Position numbers and translations under genes: made by a program. This document shows, piece by piece, positions 23,236 to 37,338 of a DNA stretch of 64,000 nucleotides. This DNA comes from Hypanus sabinus (Eukaryota): positions 35,898,001 to 35,962,000 of the forward strand of contig NC_082722.1 in NCBI RefSeq assembly GCF_030144855.1. Direction: 5' to 3'. The notes below the pieces were generated by a model. The model was given only the letters and a program-made list of their open reading frames with translations. It had not been told where the DNA came from and did no database searches. Every line of letters begins with the position of its first letter. Within the stretch, counting starts at the first letter, position 1.

Positions 23236-26200
23236 CAATTCTATACCTGCTTTCCTGGAATGAAGGGCAACACACTTCAACTCATACCTGCTTTTCTAAA
23301 TGAAAATCTCATGCTCACCCTCAGAATTGCCTCATTAATTACAACCTCCCCCCGCCCCCCATCACTGAAGTCCAATTAACTGGTGTGTAGGAACTTGGGA
23401 AATAGGTTTTAAACAGCAAAGCTCTGCATGCTCATGACCTGACTAGTGCTGAACTGACATCAAGTTATTGATACTTTATTGCACTTTTAATTCACTTTTT
23501 TGACATGATATTGCACAGCAGCTTTTCAGGGAAGCTTTGAATGAGAACAGCCAATAGAACAGGTAGGTTTAAAGACAGCATGGAGCTGGGCTCGAGACGA
23601 ATAGAAGAGTGATCAGGAATCAGAGCCTTCTGGAACAGAAATAGCAACACCGCGTGAGCCAAGTGCAAAACCATCATGATTTCTGAATGGTTGAGCAACA
23701 GTTCATGGAGTTCATCAGAATTTTGCTGTCAGTTAAAAACTTTTATTTTCTGTTCAGCCCTTTGCCCTCATTAAGCTCTGTAAGTGTTTGAAAAGTACAT
23801 AACATTTAAATTAATTCAGTGCCCTGCCAGTGACTACAGCCATAATGGGAAAGATAATCTAAGGACGATACAAAGATAATTTAACTGTTGTTTTCCCACC
23901 TCCACCCAAGGAAGATGTAGCGGCCAAACTAAACCAAAACCAAAACAATTACTGCTGCTGGTGACACTACAGATTTGATCTACTTGCACGACGAGCCCTC
24001 ACTCCAACAATGATTGCTCCAAAAGTCAAGCATATGCATTCGATCCTTTATTAACAACTAGCTAACATCTAAACTTGAAGCGAAGAAACGTAAAAGTACC
24101 CAAGTGCAAGTGAAGGGTAATTGAGCAGTCATCAAAAGATACATTCACTGGTCTGCTACTACAAATTGCGATGAACAAAGCAAGGATACGCGACTTATTC
24201 CCTTCAGTTTTACCACGTCCCCACTCATGTAACTAGTTACCATAATTAACGCGTAACACAGAACACAGTAGAGATAGAGAACAAATGCATGGCTCCTACA
24301 GAAAGTTAACGTTCATCTCCTCCCAAGTCAGATATCACCAGCCTAATTTTTACACTGCAACTTCAGTACTAATATAAAACGGAAAATGCTCATAGCATGC
24401 TAAATGTATCTTTGTGCAGAGCCTACAAATGTTATTTGATTCTATTACAGTTTAAGATTATCTAAAAATTGTTTGAGGGAGCATTTTATAATGCATTAGG
24501 TTTTAATATGATTACCCTATGGGTAGTTTCTGTGGCAGTACAAAATATGACACGAAATTGCTATGTATCTGCACTTGTGAAAGAGTCGCAAGGTCATTTT
24601 GCTGAAGCAGATTATACAGTACACATCATTGAACTGACAACCTTCTTCTTAAAAACATTTACCCCAAGAACTTCACCCAAATGTTGTCATAAACAGAAAA
24701 TGCTGTGAGCCTATGCATACAACATGCACACAGTTCCATTTTAAAAGAATGATTCTCTTTATGTTGTCACAATGCAGAGGCACCAGCTGAACATTACTTG
24801 TCTGCCGATTTGGTTTTTAAACAACATGAGATTGCTTTTTTAAGCTTGAGGCATACACTACATCCATCCTGCCCCCACTGTCTTGGAGGAAAATAAAACT
24901 CCTTCCAAGTGAGCATCTAAACTAACAGTTAGCAATAAATAATTGATTAGAAATCACAATTTACAGAAGGGAAACAAGTAAATAGGCAAACAAGTTTCAA
25001 ATATTAATTGGAAACAAGAATGCTTCTTTCTATTCTACGTATGTTCGCCTATTGTGACCAGGATCATAAATTCAAGGCAACTTGTGGTTTTTTGACTTCC
25101 TGCTATGATTAAAGTTTTATAATTACCACAACAGGGCATCACTAAGCTATAATTAATCGCTGATTTCTGATTAAATATCCCATCATAATTGTGCACAACC
25201 ATCAGATTCAAATTTAATATCTACCAACTATACATTTCCCACAGCATAGTGAATTGATTACAAGCTTGGCCTTCTCACAGTTAATGGGGTCAATAGTTCA
25301 GGTGTAATTATTTTCCCAGAAAGAGGTCAAGTTAGAACCATTTTAAGAGAAAAACGGTCATATTTAAACTACTAATTCTCTTAGGCATGTATGCATGCAC
25401 ACTCTTCGTATCACAGTAATGGTGAGAAATTCTCATGTCTGCTTCCTCACCTCCCTCCCCCACCATTCCCCTCCATCGCTTGTGGTGAAAGCCATGATGG
25501 ACCAGGACAGAGAGAGAGAGTTGCCCCATCGACAGCAGAGTGAGAAGTAATCACGTACCTAATGATAACCTTAGTTACTCTTACCCTAACAGTTGTACTT
25601 CATGTCCTTACCCACCCTCAGGATCGTCACCTGTCGCATATGATTCTCGGCAGCAGGATGCTCACTGATGCCAAGTCATCAAGACCTCATGCCTACTGTC
25701 TTCCGGTTCTGCTACTTGCACCTTGTTGGACTCAAGTAAAGAGAGGTAGCTAGGTCTTCACCTGGTGACTCAACTGCTCTAAGGATCAGAAGCAGATGCC
25801 GGAAACAGGCTTTTCCAGTAACCGTAAAGTCTGACACTGCAGGACTGTACAAACACTTGCTAATGCATGTGCAGAGTGAAGAACAATGGTGACAGTTGGG
25901 ATACCCGAGCTGCACTGGGTACTCTTGCAGAGATGGAGGAGTCCGTCTCTTGCATGAGTGGGGTGACACTGACAATGATGTTCTCGTGCCCGAACACAGA
26001 ACTGGCTGGCTGTTATGAGCACCAAATGAGGACATGCATGTCCTCAATCAAGGTCTACAACCCAGGAATGCTGAAAATCTGGAATGAACAGAAATTGTTG
26101 GAGGCACTCAGCTGGTAACACGCAACACCAACATTTGAAGTTGCAGACCTTCTATTAGAACCATTCTAACAGGTAACCAATCTAAATCTTACACGTTCAA

Positions 26201-29200
26201 CCCCTGCTGCTGTACATTTCAGAGCACAGCAATTGTGATATCAAGTGTCTCCAAGCACACTGACATATCTGAAATGAATATTTGACATGTTGATGGCTTA
26301 CTCAACACTGAAACTGTGTGTAATAAACATTCTCGGCCCCACTGGTTGTGTCCTACATAGTTATTACCTGGCCAGAGTGTCGTTTCATCTCCAAGCAGCT
26401 CGTCAGTAGGTCAGCTCCAAGGTGTGAAAAGATCAAGGAGCAATGAAGGATGAAGGTAGCATGGTAGACCATGGTCCCTGGCAATGCTATTCCAGTTTAC
26501 TGATGTCTCTGCTTGTACGCCTGCTGTACAAGGACCTAAAGTCCAAAGAAAATTTATTTCTGGATGCTCAGGGTCAGCCTTGTTTGCCGGGCCTCCAGTG
26601 AACGATATCCTTCATTCTTACAGAGCAAATCAGTCATAAATCCAATTGTGACTCAAATTTGATTGCTCCTTTAACAAGCAACATTGCTGTAACTGTCTTC
26701 TTAAGTCAACAATCAATTCTTTCTGCACTGACATACAGCTGATTGAAAAACCTTTCAAACATCCAGGAACGATCCTGAACTATGGTGACTAGGGTTAAAT
26801 CCTAGATCAAACATGTAGCAGGCCTTGTTACAATAGACCGCTAAGGCCTGTCATCACCAGGCGCAAATTTGTGTTTCCCAAAGGCTCTGAAAATCCCTCT
26901 TCTTTGTGCAGCCAAATAGTGAGAAGAACCTTATATGCAGAAGAGTGATATTTGAATAGTTAAAGTGACAATCTCATGACTTAACCTCCAAACTATTCCG
27001 AGAATGGAAAACCCAGGTCAAAGCCAGGATGTTATTTCCTTGAAATAGTCTAACACGAATGAGCACTAAATCTTCAGATATGACAATATTATGCTTGAAG
27101 CACAGGCAGCTTGAAAATACACATGAGGAAAAACTAGCCAGCTCAATGTCTAAGCTTGTCTTTCCCACCATGAGGAGCACAACCAATTCAATCAACTGAT
27201 TTCAATATGACAGCATCAGACTTGCTGTAAACAATTAATTTATTTTCCCACCAAGGTTTTGTTTTGTACTAAGGATATCTGTTTGTATGTACCTAGACTC
27301 ACAGTACAGTGTGAACATCTTGCATTTTTAAGATGACTCTTTCTCAGTTTGTTCCATTATTACACCAAAAGATCTACACAGCTCATAACTTATTTAATTA
27401 TCCATGAAAAACAACTATGTTATGAATCGGCAGTGAAGCAATAGGATCATACAAACAGCTGGATTCCCCAATCAGTTAACAGGAGATTAAAAGAAGTTTT
27501 ACTTTGATCATGATTCTTATCCTGTTTTCTTTTCCTAAAACAATCCTAAAACAATTATTTATACTCGTGGGCACGATGTCAGTTCAAGTAAAACTTCCTT
27601 ATAATTCAGCTGGTTGACAATGTTTATGTTTGTCCTTAAAGTTGGTCAAACGGTGGTGCAAACTCAAGATTGTAACTCTTGGCATATGCCATTGCCAGTG
27701 AAGCTGACACAAACTTCAAAAGGGATTTAACCCAGAAATCAATGTTGTTCAGTGATGCAGCCTTTCTCCAAGGATTGCACTGTTTTGTAGTCATTTGTAC
27801 TGAAATCAAAGGAGATAAATTTGAACTGACAGTAACTCCAGGCACTTACAAACATGTCCTGGTAAAATATACCCTGAAAAAAATGACTTTCTTGCATGAA
27901 GTCTGAGAGTTTTAAAAATGCCTGCTAAGGCTAAGTATATGGCCAGAAATGATTGTTTTATATGGGTAGAATGTAATCTTTGACATTAATATTTCACAAT
28001 GTTATGCAACAAATTAAAAATTTTACTCATAACCATGACGTTTCCACTTTTACCATAATAGCACATGAACCTGCCAATATGTATTCCACTTGGTAAAATA
28101 TTTTCTAAACATTGTGTTTGTAAATCCTAGTTCACTTTCTGTGAATATTTTTTAGATTTCAGCTATCTTCTAAAGCTGACCTCTGATAACAACCAATATC
28201 AGAAGGGAGAATTTTGTCTCAAAGATCACTCAATCTTTGTGTCAGCTTACTTTGAGGTCAAGGACAAGATTTTGCTTGACTGCTCTCAAGGGTGTCTGGG
28301 GAATAGCAAATACCAGGTGCAGGAAGTAATGTGACAGATTTATTGTAAATCAAAGCTCAGAAAATGTTAAAAATACTGTTTTATGCTACCAGGAATGCAA
28401 TGATGAAGAAAATTTCATATAATTGGTTATACGCAGTCAACTTCAGTTGTATCCTGAATTTGGATAGTGAGTGAATAATTATTTTGTGTGAAACTCCATG
28501 TTTATAAACAGTATACTTATGACTCTATTATTCCAAGTGAGCAGAAATTGTTCTCGTACAATAAGAAAACAACAATTAATTATAAACTGCTTTTCAAAGC
28601 TTTGGTACAATGTTTGCTTTTCTACCAAATGCTTATAGAGTCATAGAGAAGTACTGCACAGAAACAGGCCCTTCGGTCCAGTCATTCTGAAACCATTGAA
28701 ACTGTCTACTCCAATTGGCCTGCATCAGGATCATGGCCCTCCATACCCCTATCAGTTAAGGTGGTGGATAAAGATTAAAAGAACTACTACTACGTCGACT
28801 CAGGCCTAGGGGGCCGCCGTCGGGCAAAAGGAGAAAAAGGATTAAAAGGACGTCCAATTCAATGCCATCCATGCAATCTGCCTCAAGAAATGCTGGAAAG
28901 CTATTATTCCATCCTGGGAGTAATCAACGTTCATTCCCAATTGCTCACAGAACTTGACAAAAAAATGGATTAAGAAATTAAATGTCAGCTGAAACAGATC
29001 CGAGAAAAAAAGAATTTAAGAATTCAGTGTCCTGACATTTTGTTGCAATGTAGCTTCTTAGCTAAAGTTAGACTGCTTTAAGTTAAAATAGATGCAAACT
29101 GAGAAGATAAAAATCAGGAGATGTAAAACACCTTGCCCTCTAGAGAGTGTTTTAATTTTTGATCTTCTGAGTCTTTTTTTGCACTCTGAAGTCTACATTA

Positions 29201-29892
29201 TTAGGTTTTTCAAGCCAAACCTTTTGGTTAGGATAAAGATACTTTATTTGGACTTCAAGATAACTTAGCATATAAGATAATAGTTAACTGCTTTAAATTA
29301 AAGTAAGAAGCTGAGACTCAAAAGCTACAAATTTTTCACATATCATCGCCATAACATAATTTTCAATCAAAGTTGCTCTTTTGCCACTAAAATTAAAGGA
29401 ACTTCAAAGACTAAAGAAAGTGCAGAATTTCAGAAATAGTCCAGAAGCTGAACTTTGTGCTTGACAGTACTTCCTTAGCATCTGGGAAAGATTACAGCAC
29501 ATGAGGAAGCTCTTTAGTTCTTACAATTTGTTCCTAATTAATTACTCACAAGAACGTTCACATCATATTTCCTATGGAATTTGACTACTTTCTTGGGAAA
29601 AGTGCAGGATCTCCTCCTGGTTATTAAATGACCAACAAAAAGTCAGTAGATTACCTCGACAAACAGCCATAAGTCGCATGAAAAGTCACATGCAAACATA
29701 GCAGTGTTCATAATATTAAATATTCCTAAACTGCAACATCAGGAACAGTGTAGATTTTCAAAATGAAATAAGAGTTGCTATGCTAACCGTGCTATTTTTT
29801 CAGTTCAAATTCTGGAAATTTCAAAGTACATTGAGTAGAATGCTCAATAAATAAACAACAAGCTGCACTTACTTTCAAATCATCCCCATCCT

Positions 29893-31032
29893 TGGATTCC
29901 GGTTAATTGGGACACATCAGGATCACTACATGAAGGCTTACTTAAGCAGCTGCCCCAATTAGCCAAAGTTTTATGGAAATAGTTGTAAAGGTGTAAAAAA
30001 AGACAAACTGAGTAACAAATTATGTTCAGAGAATAGTTTTCAAATAGTGTCAGTGGCGAGTTTATATTCAAAAGCAATGATTTTTGTCACTGATAGTTGG
30101 CAAGAAATAAACAGCACGACAATTCCAGACCATTTTACTCACTGTGGTTTCAAGCATTCAGGCTTGGAGATGCCAGAAACGGCTGGGAGTGAAAATGAAA
30201 CTATTTCACTACTTCAACGATTTTGGAACTGTGAAGAATTCAAAGGTTATAATGAAAATGAAGATTTGGAGGATGTAATCACTGAAGCATTGTAGGAAGG
30301 CAGTCCTAGATATCCAGGACTTGTGTACTAGGTGTCTGCACTGATTTTGTTCATTTACAGTCATTCAAAAAAACTCAGTAGTGTACACCCGATGAATTTC
30401 TCTGCCAATAACTATTAGGAACAAATACACAGTTTTATAGTTTTATGGGAGTACCACTGAGAGCATCCTGACAGCTGAGAGGTTCATAGTGGTCTCCCTA
30501 CCATCTATCAAAGCATCCTCTTTGACTTTCTACCATCAGGCAGGAGACTACAATACATACAAAAACAAGAACAGTCATGATGAGAAACAGTTCCTTCCCC
30601 CGGGCCATTAGGCTTCTGAACTCACTGCCGCATTGCATTCAAAGTGTCACTGGTTAATCTGTTCCACATTTTAAAATGTTTAATATTAATATACTTAAGT
30701 CTGTCATTTGTGCGTGATTCATCTGTAGGTTTTATCCTTAACTTAATAAATTATTGTGTGATAAGTGTACTACTGTGCCTTACACCCTGGTTTGGAGAGA
30801 AGTTGCCTCGTTTCTATATCCATTATATGGTTATGGTTAAATGACAGTAAACCACTTGACTTCACTTGATATTGTTAATTTATTCTGTATTTCATTCAAA
30901 TACATAATTTGTTACTCAGTTTGCTTCTTTACTCCTTTAACTATTTCCATGAAACTGGCTAATTGAAACAGCCTCTTAATTGGGCCAAAATGTACTGGTC
31001 ACCATGTGTCTCAATTTATTGAAATCCATTGT
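29893..31032 (+). mobile_element. Tigger/pogo-derived element with nested LINE fragment (~30445-30870)
   Basis: tggattccggttaattgggac ... caatttattgaaatccattgta inverted ends; remnant AMIFVTDSWQEINSTTIPDHFTHCGF is like a pogo transposase C-terminus. Confidence 0.7.
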
Positions 31033-32897
31033 ATTTAAATGAAATACAGAGCAATTTAAAATGCTACCAATTGTGACAGAGTACTATAAATCTGTGAATA
31101 TGTTCCTAATAGTTATCTACAGAGTGTACAGATTGTTCTTTCATTGACTATAAATGAACAAAATCAGCACATCTAGTGCAGATAATGGACTGTCTTCATA
31201 CATTATCAACGATTGCATCATCCAAATCTTCATTTTCGTTGCAACATTCAAGATGACCAATAAGTCAAAGTGCATTTATATCAAATGTATGAATTATACA
31301 CCTTGAGATTTGCTTGCTTGCAGACAGCCACAAATAAAGAAACCTGAAGATTCCCAATTAAAAAAAGACCATAACCACTGTGCAGAGAAAGAGGGAAAAA
31401 ACACGCATGCAAATAATAGATGCAAACGACAGCATTCTGAACCGATTTGAGTGCTTAGATCCACTCCCTGGAGCAGGTGAAGTATTAGGCCCAAGCCTCG
31501 ATCTCAAGTTCATTATATAGCACAGCAAAAGCGTCATGAAACTCGCAGCGACAGCAGCCACTGGAGAGAGGAATGAGCACTGCGGGAGAGCGAACACTAT
31601 CAGTCCAACCCTCACCTCCACACTCGGGCATACCAGTCTATCTGGACCGGAGTTTAAATTGTCTGAGTATCAAGTAGTGCCACACTCTAGGACCCAGGCC
31701 CCAGCACTGCATGATGCTGTTCTCGATTTCACCAAACTGGCTCACTGCTCGGAGCAATCCAACCTCGCACCCTGGTTAGGTGGACAGGTAACAAAACTCT
31801 TCTGCATCGACTCCTCTCCAAATTGTTCACTCCGATACTGACAGCGATACCAGCTCCATTTGCAAACATCTTGAATTTGCTGTGTTCCAGCTTTGTGGTA
31901 CACCAGTATGGCTCATTCTTCAAATCATCTTCGCCTCCATTTCCTCCTTCATTGTTTGTGGTTATAGTTGACCACAATTTTCTTCAGAAATGAAGTTATT
32001 AGTAATGTTTTTGGTTATATTTCTTGCCTTCTGATCTACTAGTAAGCTGTCACACAACTCAGTAACATCATCTTAAACTAGAAGACACCTTCAAATTCAA
32101 AGGTTCATTTATTATCAAAGTATACAACTCTGAAACTCTTCTTCTTCAGATACCCATGAAACCAAGAAAGAAAGGAACGGCAGCACAGTCATCAACCCCC
32201 AAATCCCTTCTCACCGCCCACAAAAAATGAACAAAAACAGAACAGGCACATTGACCCCCAAATCCCCCTCCCCCATACACAAAAAAACCCAAGAAAGATT
32301 GGGTAAAAATATGGAATACAAAAAAAAAATCCACAGTCCAAAGTCCACATCCAAAACACAGAAAACCTGGGCAACATTCTCCCTCTCCATAGCAGAGCAA
32401 TCTCACTGACGGTAAAAAGGCAGTCTCCCCTCTATGACAGAAGAGTGGCCCCCCAGCAATAAGACAGCAAGCAGCCAACATTTCAATCTCCCATGTAGCT
32501 TTAATCAGGGTCAAACATCAATTCCATTTTATAGTTCTTAACTTGCTTAAGTAGTGAAATCATTTTATTTTCACTGTTGGCCATTTCTGCCATCTTCAAA
32601 CCTGAATCCTGAAACCACATTTGCTCTTGCAGTAAATTGTCTTCCTGCTTATTTCTCACCAACTATCAGTGACAAAGATCACTGCTTTTGGACAGATTCA
32701 CACGTGACACTAGCAGAACTGTGTGACCAGAATTCCAACAAGTAGCAAAAGTGCATGGTTAACAAGACTCACACAAGGCTTTTAAATGTATTAAGTTGGT
32801 AATTAAAACAAACAAGTAATATAACACCACGTAATTTCAATTATGTAAATGAATGCAACTTCTTTATTTTAAGAAAAGTTTACACAAAAACCCATAC

Positions 32898-33108
32898 CTC
32901 TTTTGAATAAGATAGTCCTCAAGTATATCTAAGCACCGCACCATCTGAGAGAAGATAAGAACTTTGTGACCCCCTGCTTTCATCTTTGGAAGCAGCTTGT
33001 CTATTAAGACCAGTTTACCAGCTGACTGGATCATTGCTTGTAGATGAAAATGTGGAACAGTTGGATTATGGATCTCTCTGAACTCTCCAAGTATCTTTTC
33101 TTCAGCAC
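32898..33108 (-). CDS. chd9: CHD9 exon (AEEKILGEF...[22 protein letters not shown]), helicase C lobe
   Basis: gatgccag / AG|gtatgg; 211 nt. Confidence 0.97.
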
Positions 33109-33772
33109 CTGGCATCAAAGGGAACATTTATGACACTAGTGGATAAAAAACTATTCATTTCAATCAAATAAATATTAATTTAATATCTAATTAAATAAAT
33201 ATCTTATTTCTTGCAATTCATATGCATAGGAGAAGGTTAGAGGGCTCTGGACTAAATCACAGTTAGCATGGACAAATTGTATGACTCCATGACTCTAATT
33301 TATAGCTGATTAGGTCAGCTCAAGTGGACTGGAGAAGGTTTCTAAGGCTAAACATTCAAATATCAGATTTTAATATCACTCTGGATTTAGATTAAAAAGT
33401 TATCCTACTAATTAAATTATTATGCCCAACAAATAAAACACTTCACAGAATGGAATAGCTCTATTGTCATGAGAATTTTTAATTTAATCAAAGATGATGT
33501 TTTTTGGTTCTTTGAGAACACAGACTGGATGAGAATGAGGCACATGCATACGTGTCAGTTAAGTCCTTCTATATTGTACTTTCTATGATTTTCTGAAAAC
33601 ATCCTGCAAACTTTATTTGAACAATGTTAGGAAATCCATACTTCTGATAGAAGCATGTCTGTGCAATAATTTTAAGTATTTTTGGAATTCACAAGAGGCA
33701 AAATGACCTATCAAAAATTATTTCCCAATTTTTCTCCCTCAACAACTCCAATATACAACATTTCAAATGAAG

Positions 33773-34349
33773 TACAGTGGACTTCAGTTAATTGGGCATT
33801 GGTTAATTGTGGTAACCAATTATTTGAAACAACTCTTCAAGATCAAAAAACTAATCGAGAAAATAACCGGGATTTCCTTTGCTTATTTGGGACTCTATAC
33901 TGCTTAACTGGGACAGGAGACTGTGGCTTAACAGTTTCAAACTAGCGTCAGTTGCATATGCTTGCGTTATGCTATTCATTAAGGCCGACCAATTCTGAAT
34001 TAAAAAGCAGTGATTTTTGACACTGCTTTATTCAGGAAGGCAACAATAGGCAGTCCATTATCTGTACCAGATGTCTGCACTGATCCTTGTTCATTTACAG
34101 TAAAAAAAAATGAAAGTGTACCCTGTATGAATTCCTCTGTCAATAACTATTAGGAACTAATCCACAGTTTTATAGTACTGCAGTAATATTGGCACTATCA
34201 TAATTTGTTGTGTATTCCATTTAAATACATAATTTGTTACTCAGTTAAATGCTAGTTTATCATTTTAAAAAATATTTTCATGAAATTTTGGCTAATTGGG
34301 CCAAAATATACTAGTCCTGTTGTGTCCCAATTAAAAGGATTCCACTGCA
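33773..34349 (+). mobile_element. Tigger/pogo-derived MITE
   Basis: tacagtggacttcagttaattggg ... cccaattaaaaggattccactgca inverted termini; same family as 29893 and 46144. Confidence 0.75.
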
Positions 34350-34702
34350 CCCCAAAAAAGGCCACTCAAAATCATTGTTTGAAATACCTCTTAAAAATGT
34401 TTGGTAAAAGAAAGGTTAGAAAGCCAAGCTTGGCTGTTGAGCTATAAATTAAGATATCATAATGAGCTTTGATAAATTGGCTTTCTTTAAACTCAGTTAT
34501 TGATTCCTTTCAATGCCTCTGCAAGAGATACACTGTCAGATTTGTATCAATCTAAGAGTGCCCCAATATTCAGAGAAAAGCAAACCAATTAAGATTTTCT
34601 ACAGAAATGTAAAAATAGAACATTTTCACTGCCAATTGAATATTTTCAATGCCAAGAGCAAAAGTGAAAATACTCCATCTTCAAATTAGATAAAACACAT
34701 TT

Positions 34703-34931
34703 CTTGGAAATCTAAGCAACACACACAAAATGCTGGAGGAACTCAGCAGGCCAGGTAGCATCAATGGAAAAGTGCCAACAGTCGACCTTTCATCAGTCTT
34801 GATGAAGGGTCTTGGTCCAAAACGTCAACTGTTTACTCATTTCCTTCGATGCTGCCTGGCCTGCTGAGTCCCTCCAACATTTTCTGTGTGCTGCTTGGAT
34901 TTCCAGCATCTGCAGATTTTCTCTTCTTTGT
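34703..34931. repeat. PLE-terminal fold-back (inverted pair) with decayed hammerhead
   Basis: gcaacacacacaaaatgctggaggaactcagcaggccagg ... cctggcctgctgagtccctccaacattttctgtgtgctgc. Confidence 0.8.
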
Positions 34932-35346
34932 ATCCTGGATTTCTATCCCCTTCTCAATGTTTATTCCAGGCACATATAAAATCCTGCCTGAGGAACTAAA
35001 CAAAACAGCTTTAATTTTCTAATGTTTATCGCACAGAGAAATAAATACTTGCTCATTGCCAAATCAACTTATAATGCAACTTAGTGCCATTTTAGAGATT
35101 AAATGGGCAAAGATTAGACTGGCAATAAGAAGACATTCACTTTCAAAATGACAAAGCATTTTATGGCACTATATTATGGTAGTAACATGTTGACAGTAAC
35201 TGGCTGGGATTCAGGGAAATTATATTTGAAGCTCCTTAAGGGAAAATGTTTCTGTTAAATTAACAAGAGTAATAAGACCTAGCATTTTCTATTGTGTAGG
35301 AACATTAATTAAAGCAATTGTTTCAGGGAGGTAGTCAGATAATTAC

Positions 35347-35602
35347 CTTTTATAAGGTAGGGGTGATTACAGCACTTTCTGAGCTCCATCATTGTATTTA
35401 CGAGATTTGGCACATTTGCCTGTCCAGCTCCTTTGGATAGAAAAGTAAAGTTTCTTTCCAGGATTGCACGATAATATTTCTTTTGAATATTAGTTAGTTC
35501 TACTTCAATGATAGTCTCCTCTTTAGGAGCCAGCTTCTTCTCCACATCCTCCTTTAAACGCCGCAGCATCATGGGCTTTAATATTGCCTGAAGCTTTTGC
35601 AC
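35347..35602 (-). CDS. chd9: CHD9 exon ([20 protein letters not shown]...[14 protein letters not shown])
   Basis: ctttctag / G|gtaatt; 256 nt; EKKLAPK and [13 protein letters not shown] fit CHD9 better than CHD7/CHD8 as I recall them. Confidence 0.97.
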
Positions 35603-35611
35603 CTAGAAAGA

Positions 35612-36099
35612 ACAGACAGACATACTTTATTGATCCCGAGGGAAATTGGGTTTTGTAACAGTTGCACCAACAAGAATAGTGTAGAAATATAGCAACATAA
35701 AACCATAAAAATTAAATAATAATAGGTAAATTATGCCAAGTGGAAATAAGTCCAGGACCAGCCTATTGGCTCAGGGTGTCTGACACACCGAGGGAGGAGT
35801 TGTAAAGTTTAATGGCCACAGGCAGGAATGACTTCCTATGACGCTCAGTGTTGCATCTCAGTGGAATGAGTCTCTGGCTGAATGTACTCCTGTGCCTAAC
35901 CAGCACGTTATGGAGTGGATGGGAGACATTGTCCAAGATGGCATGCAACTTGGACAGCATCCTCTTTTCAGACACCACCGTCAGAGAGTTCAGTTCCACC
36001 CCCACAACATCACAAGCCGGAAGAATGAGTTTGTTGATTCTGTTGCTGTCTGCTACCCTCAGCCTGCTGCCCCAGCACACCACAGCAAACATGATAGCA
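35612..36099 (-). mobile_element. Rex1-type LINE 3' fragment abutting a splice acceptor
   Basis: open remnant AVVCWGSRLRVADSNRINKLI...SHPLH...RHRKSFLPVAIKLYN; AATAAA plus (GTCT)n tail. Confidence 0.85.
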
Positions 36100-37194
36100 A
36101 TACATACTAAATCATACATTTGGTCATGTTTGTCTTCTATTCATTGCATGGACTGGGATGGATACATGCTACCACCTGAGAGGCATGCAATGGTATCAAA
36201 GGTACTTGAAGAGCACTCAGACACGTTGATGACTGGGGACAGAAATTTGGGAGACATACGGATCTTCTTAATGTAGCAGCTAATTCTGAAAGAGGACTGC
36301 TTCTCCAGTTTGATTCTAGTAAACGAGTGAAGTAACCTCTTTCCATCCCTCTTGCCCATCAATGAACTGCCTGTGCAATAAATTTTTAAGAGATTTGTTC
36401 CGGTATGATGAATTATTTATGTTATTGTCACTCACTCTGCTTAATGTGGGATACAAATTTAAGTTTTATATTACATTACTTCATGATATTTGTGATAAGT
36501 CTGTGTCTCTGGTCTGGTAATGCTTACAGACTGAGTCATAAAGGGAGTTTATTTTGCTGTCTTACAAATCCAAGCATGCAAGTCAAATCTAGAGGGTATG
36601 TTTCAAAAACGGTGGTCTGGCAATGCAGGGAAGTTGATAAAATTTTCTAACAAAGCAGTGGGATGCAAGTACAACAAGCTATCAGAAAGCAAGATGTCAG
36701 CTGGCCTTTATCATTAAGGTTTTGAAACAGGGAGAGTAGTATTGGTGAATTTGTTTTGGTGAGATCGCACTAGGAATACAACATGCAGCTTTCATCTCCG
36801 TATCTGAGGAATGACATTCTGGCATTGGAATCAGGACAATGCAGTAATCCCTCAGATAAGGATCTTGTTCAATGAAGAACAACTGAAGATGATAAACCTG
36901 CACCCACTGGAATTTACAGACTGACAACTGATCACACAGAGACACAGATTCCGAAAGCAACTGACAGAGCAGACACCCAGGGGCTGTTTCATTTAGTTGG
37001 AGAATCGAGATCTAGGGAGCATGTTTCTGGCTTCACTTGTTAACCTGGACCATTAGCTCTATTTCTCTCTCCATCAATGCTGATATCTATTTTTAAACTA
37101 GTTCACTGCTATTAATCAGCATCAGAATTATTGTAAATTTAAATATACATCACAATTTAAATATAATTTAAAAAACAAGTCATTTTTCTTCTAC

Positions 37195-37338
37195 CTGTGC
37201 TTCACTCTTTAGATCTCCAAATTCCTGCATGAATGTGTTTTCTGATGAGAAACGTTGAGGCTCCAGGAAGTGAAGCAAGCTGAATAGTTCCTCCACTGTG
37301 TTCTGTAATGGGGTTCCTGTCAGAAGCACCTTATGTTC
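37195..37338 (-). CDS. chd9: CHD9 exon ([13 protein letters not shown]...GDLKSEAQ), motif III
   Basis: caacctag / CAG|gtagaa; 144 nt. Confidence 0.97.

Noticed and set aside
25550-25860. Donor-like AG|gtacgt near 25558 as another cassette exon
   Set aside because: No convincing acceptor or coding similarity; insufficient support.
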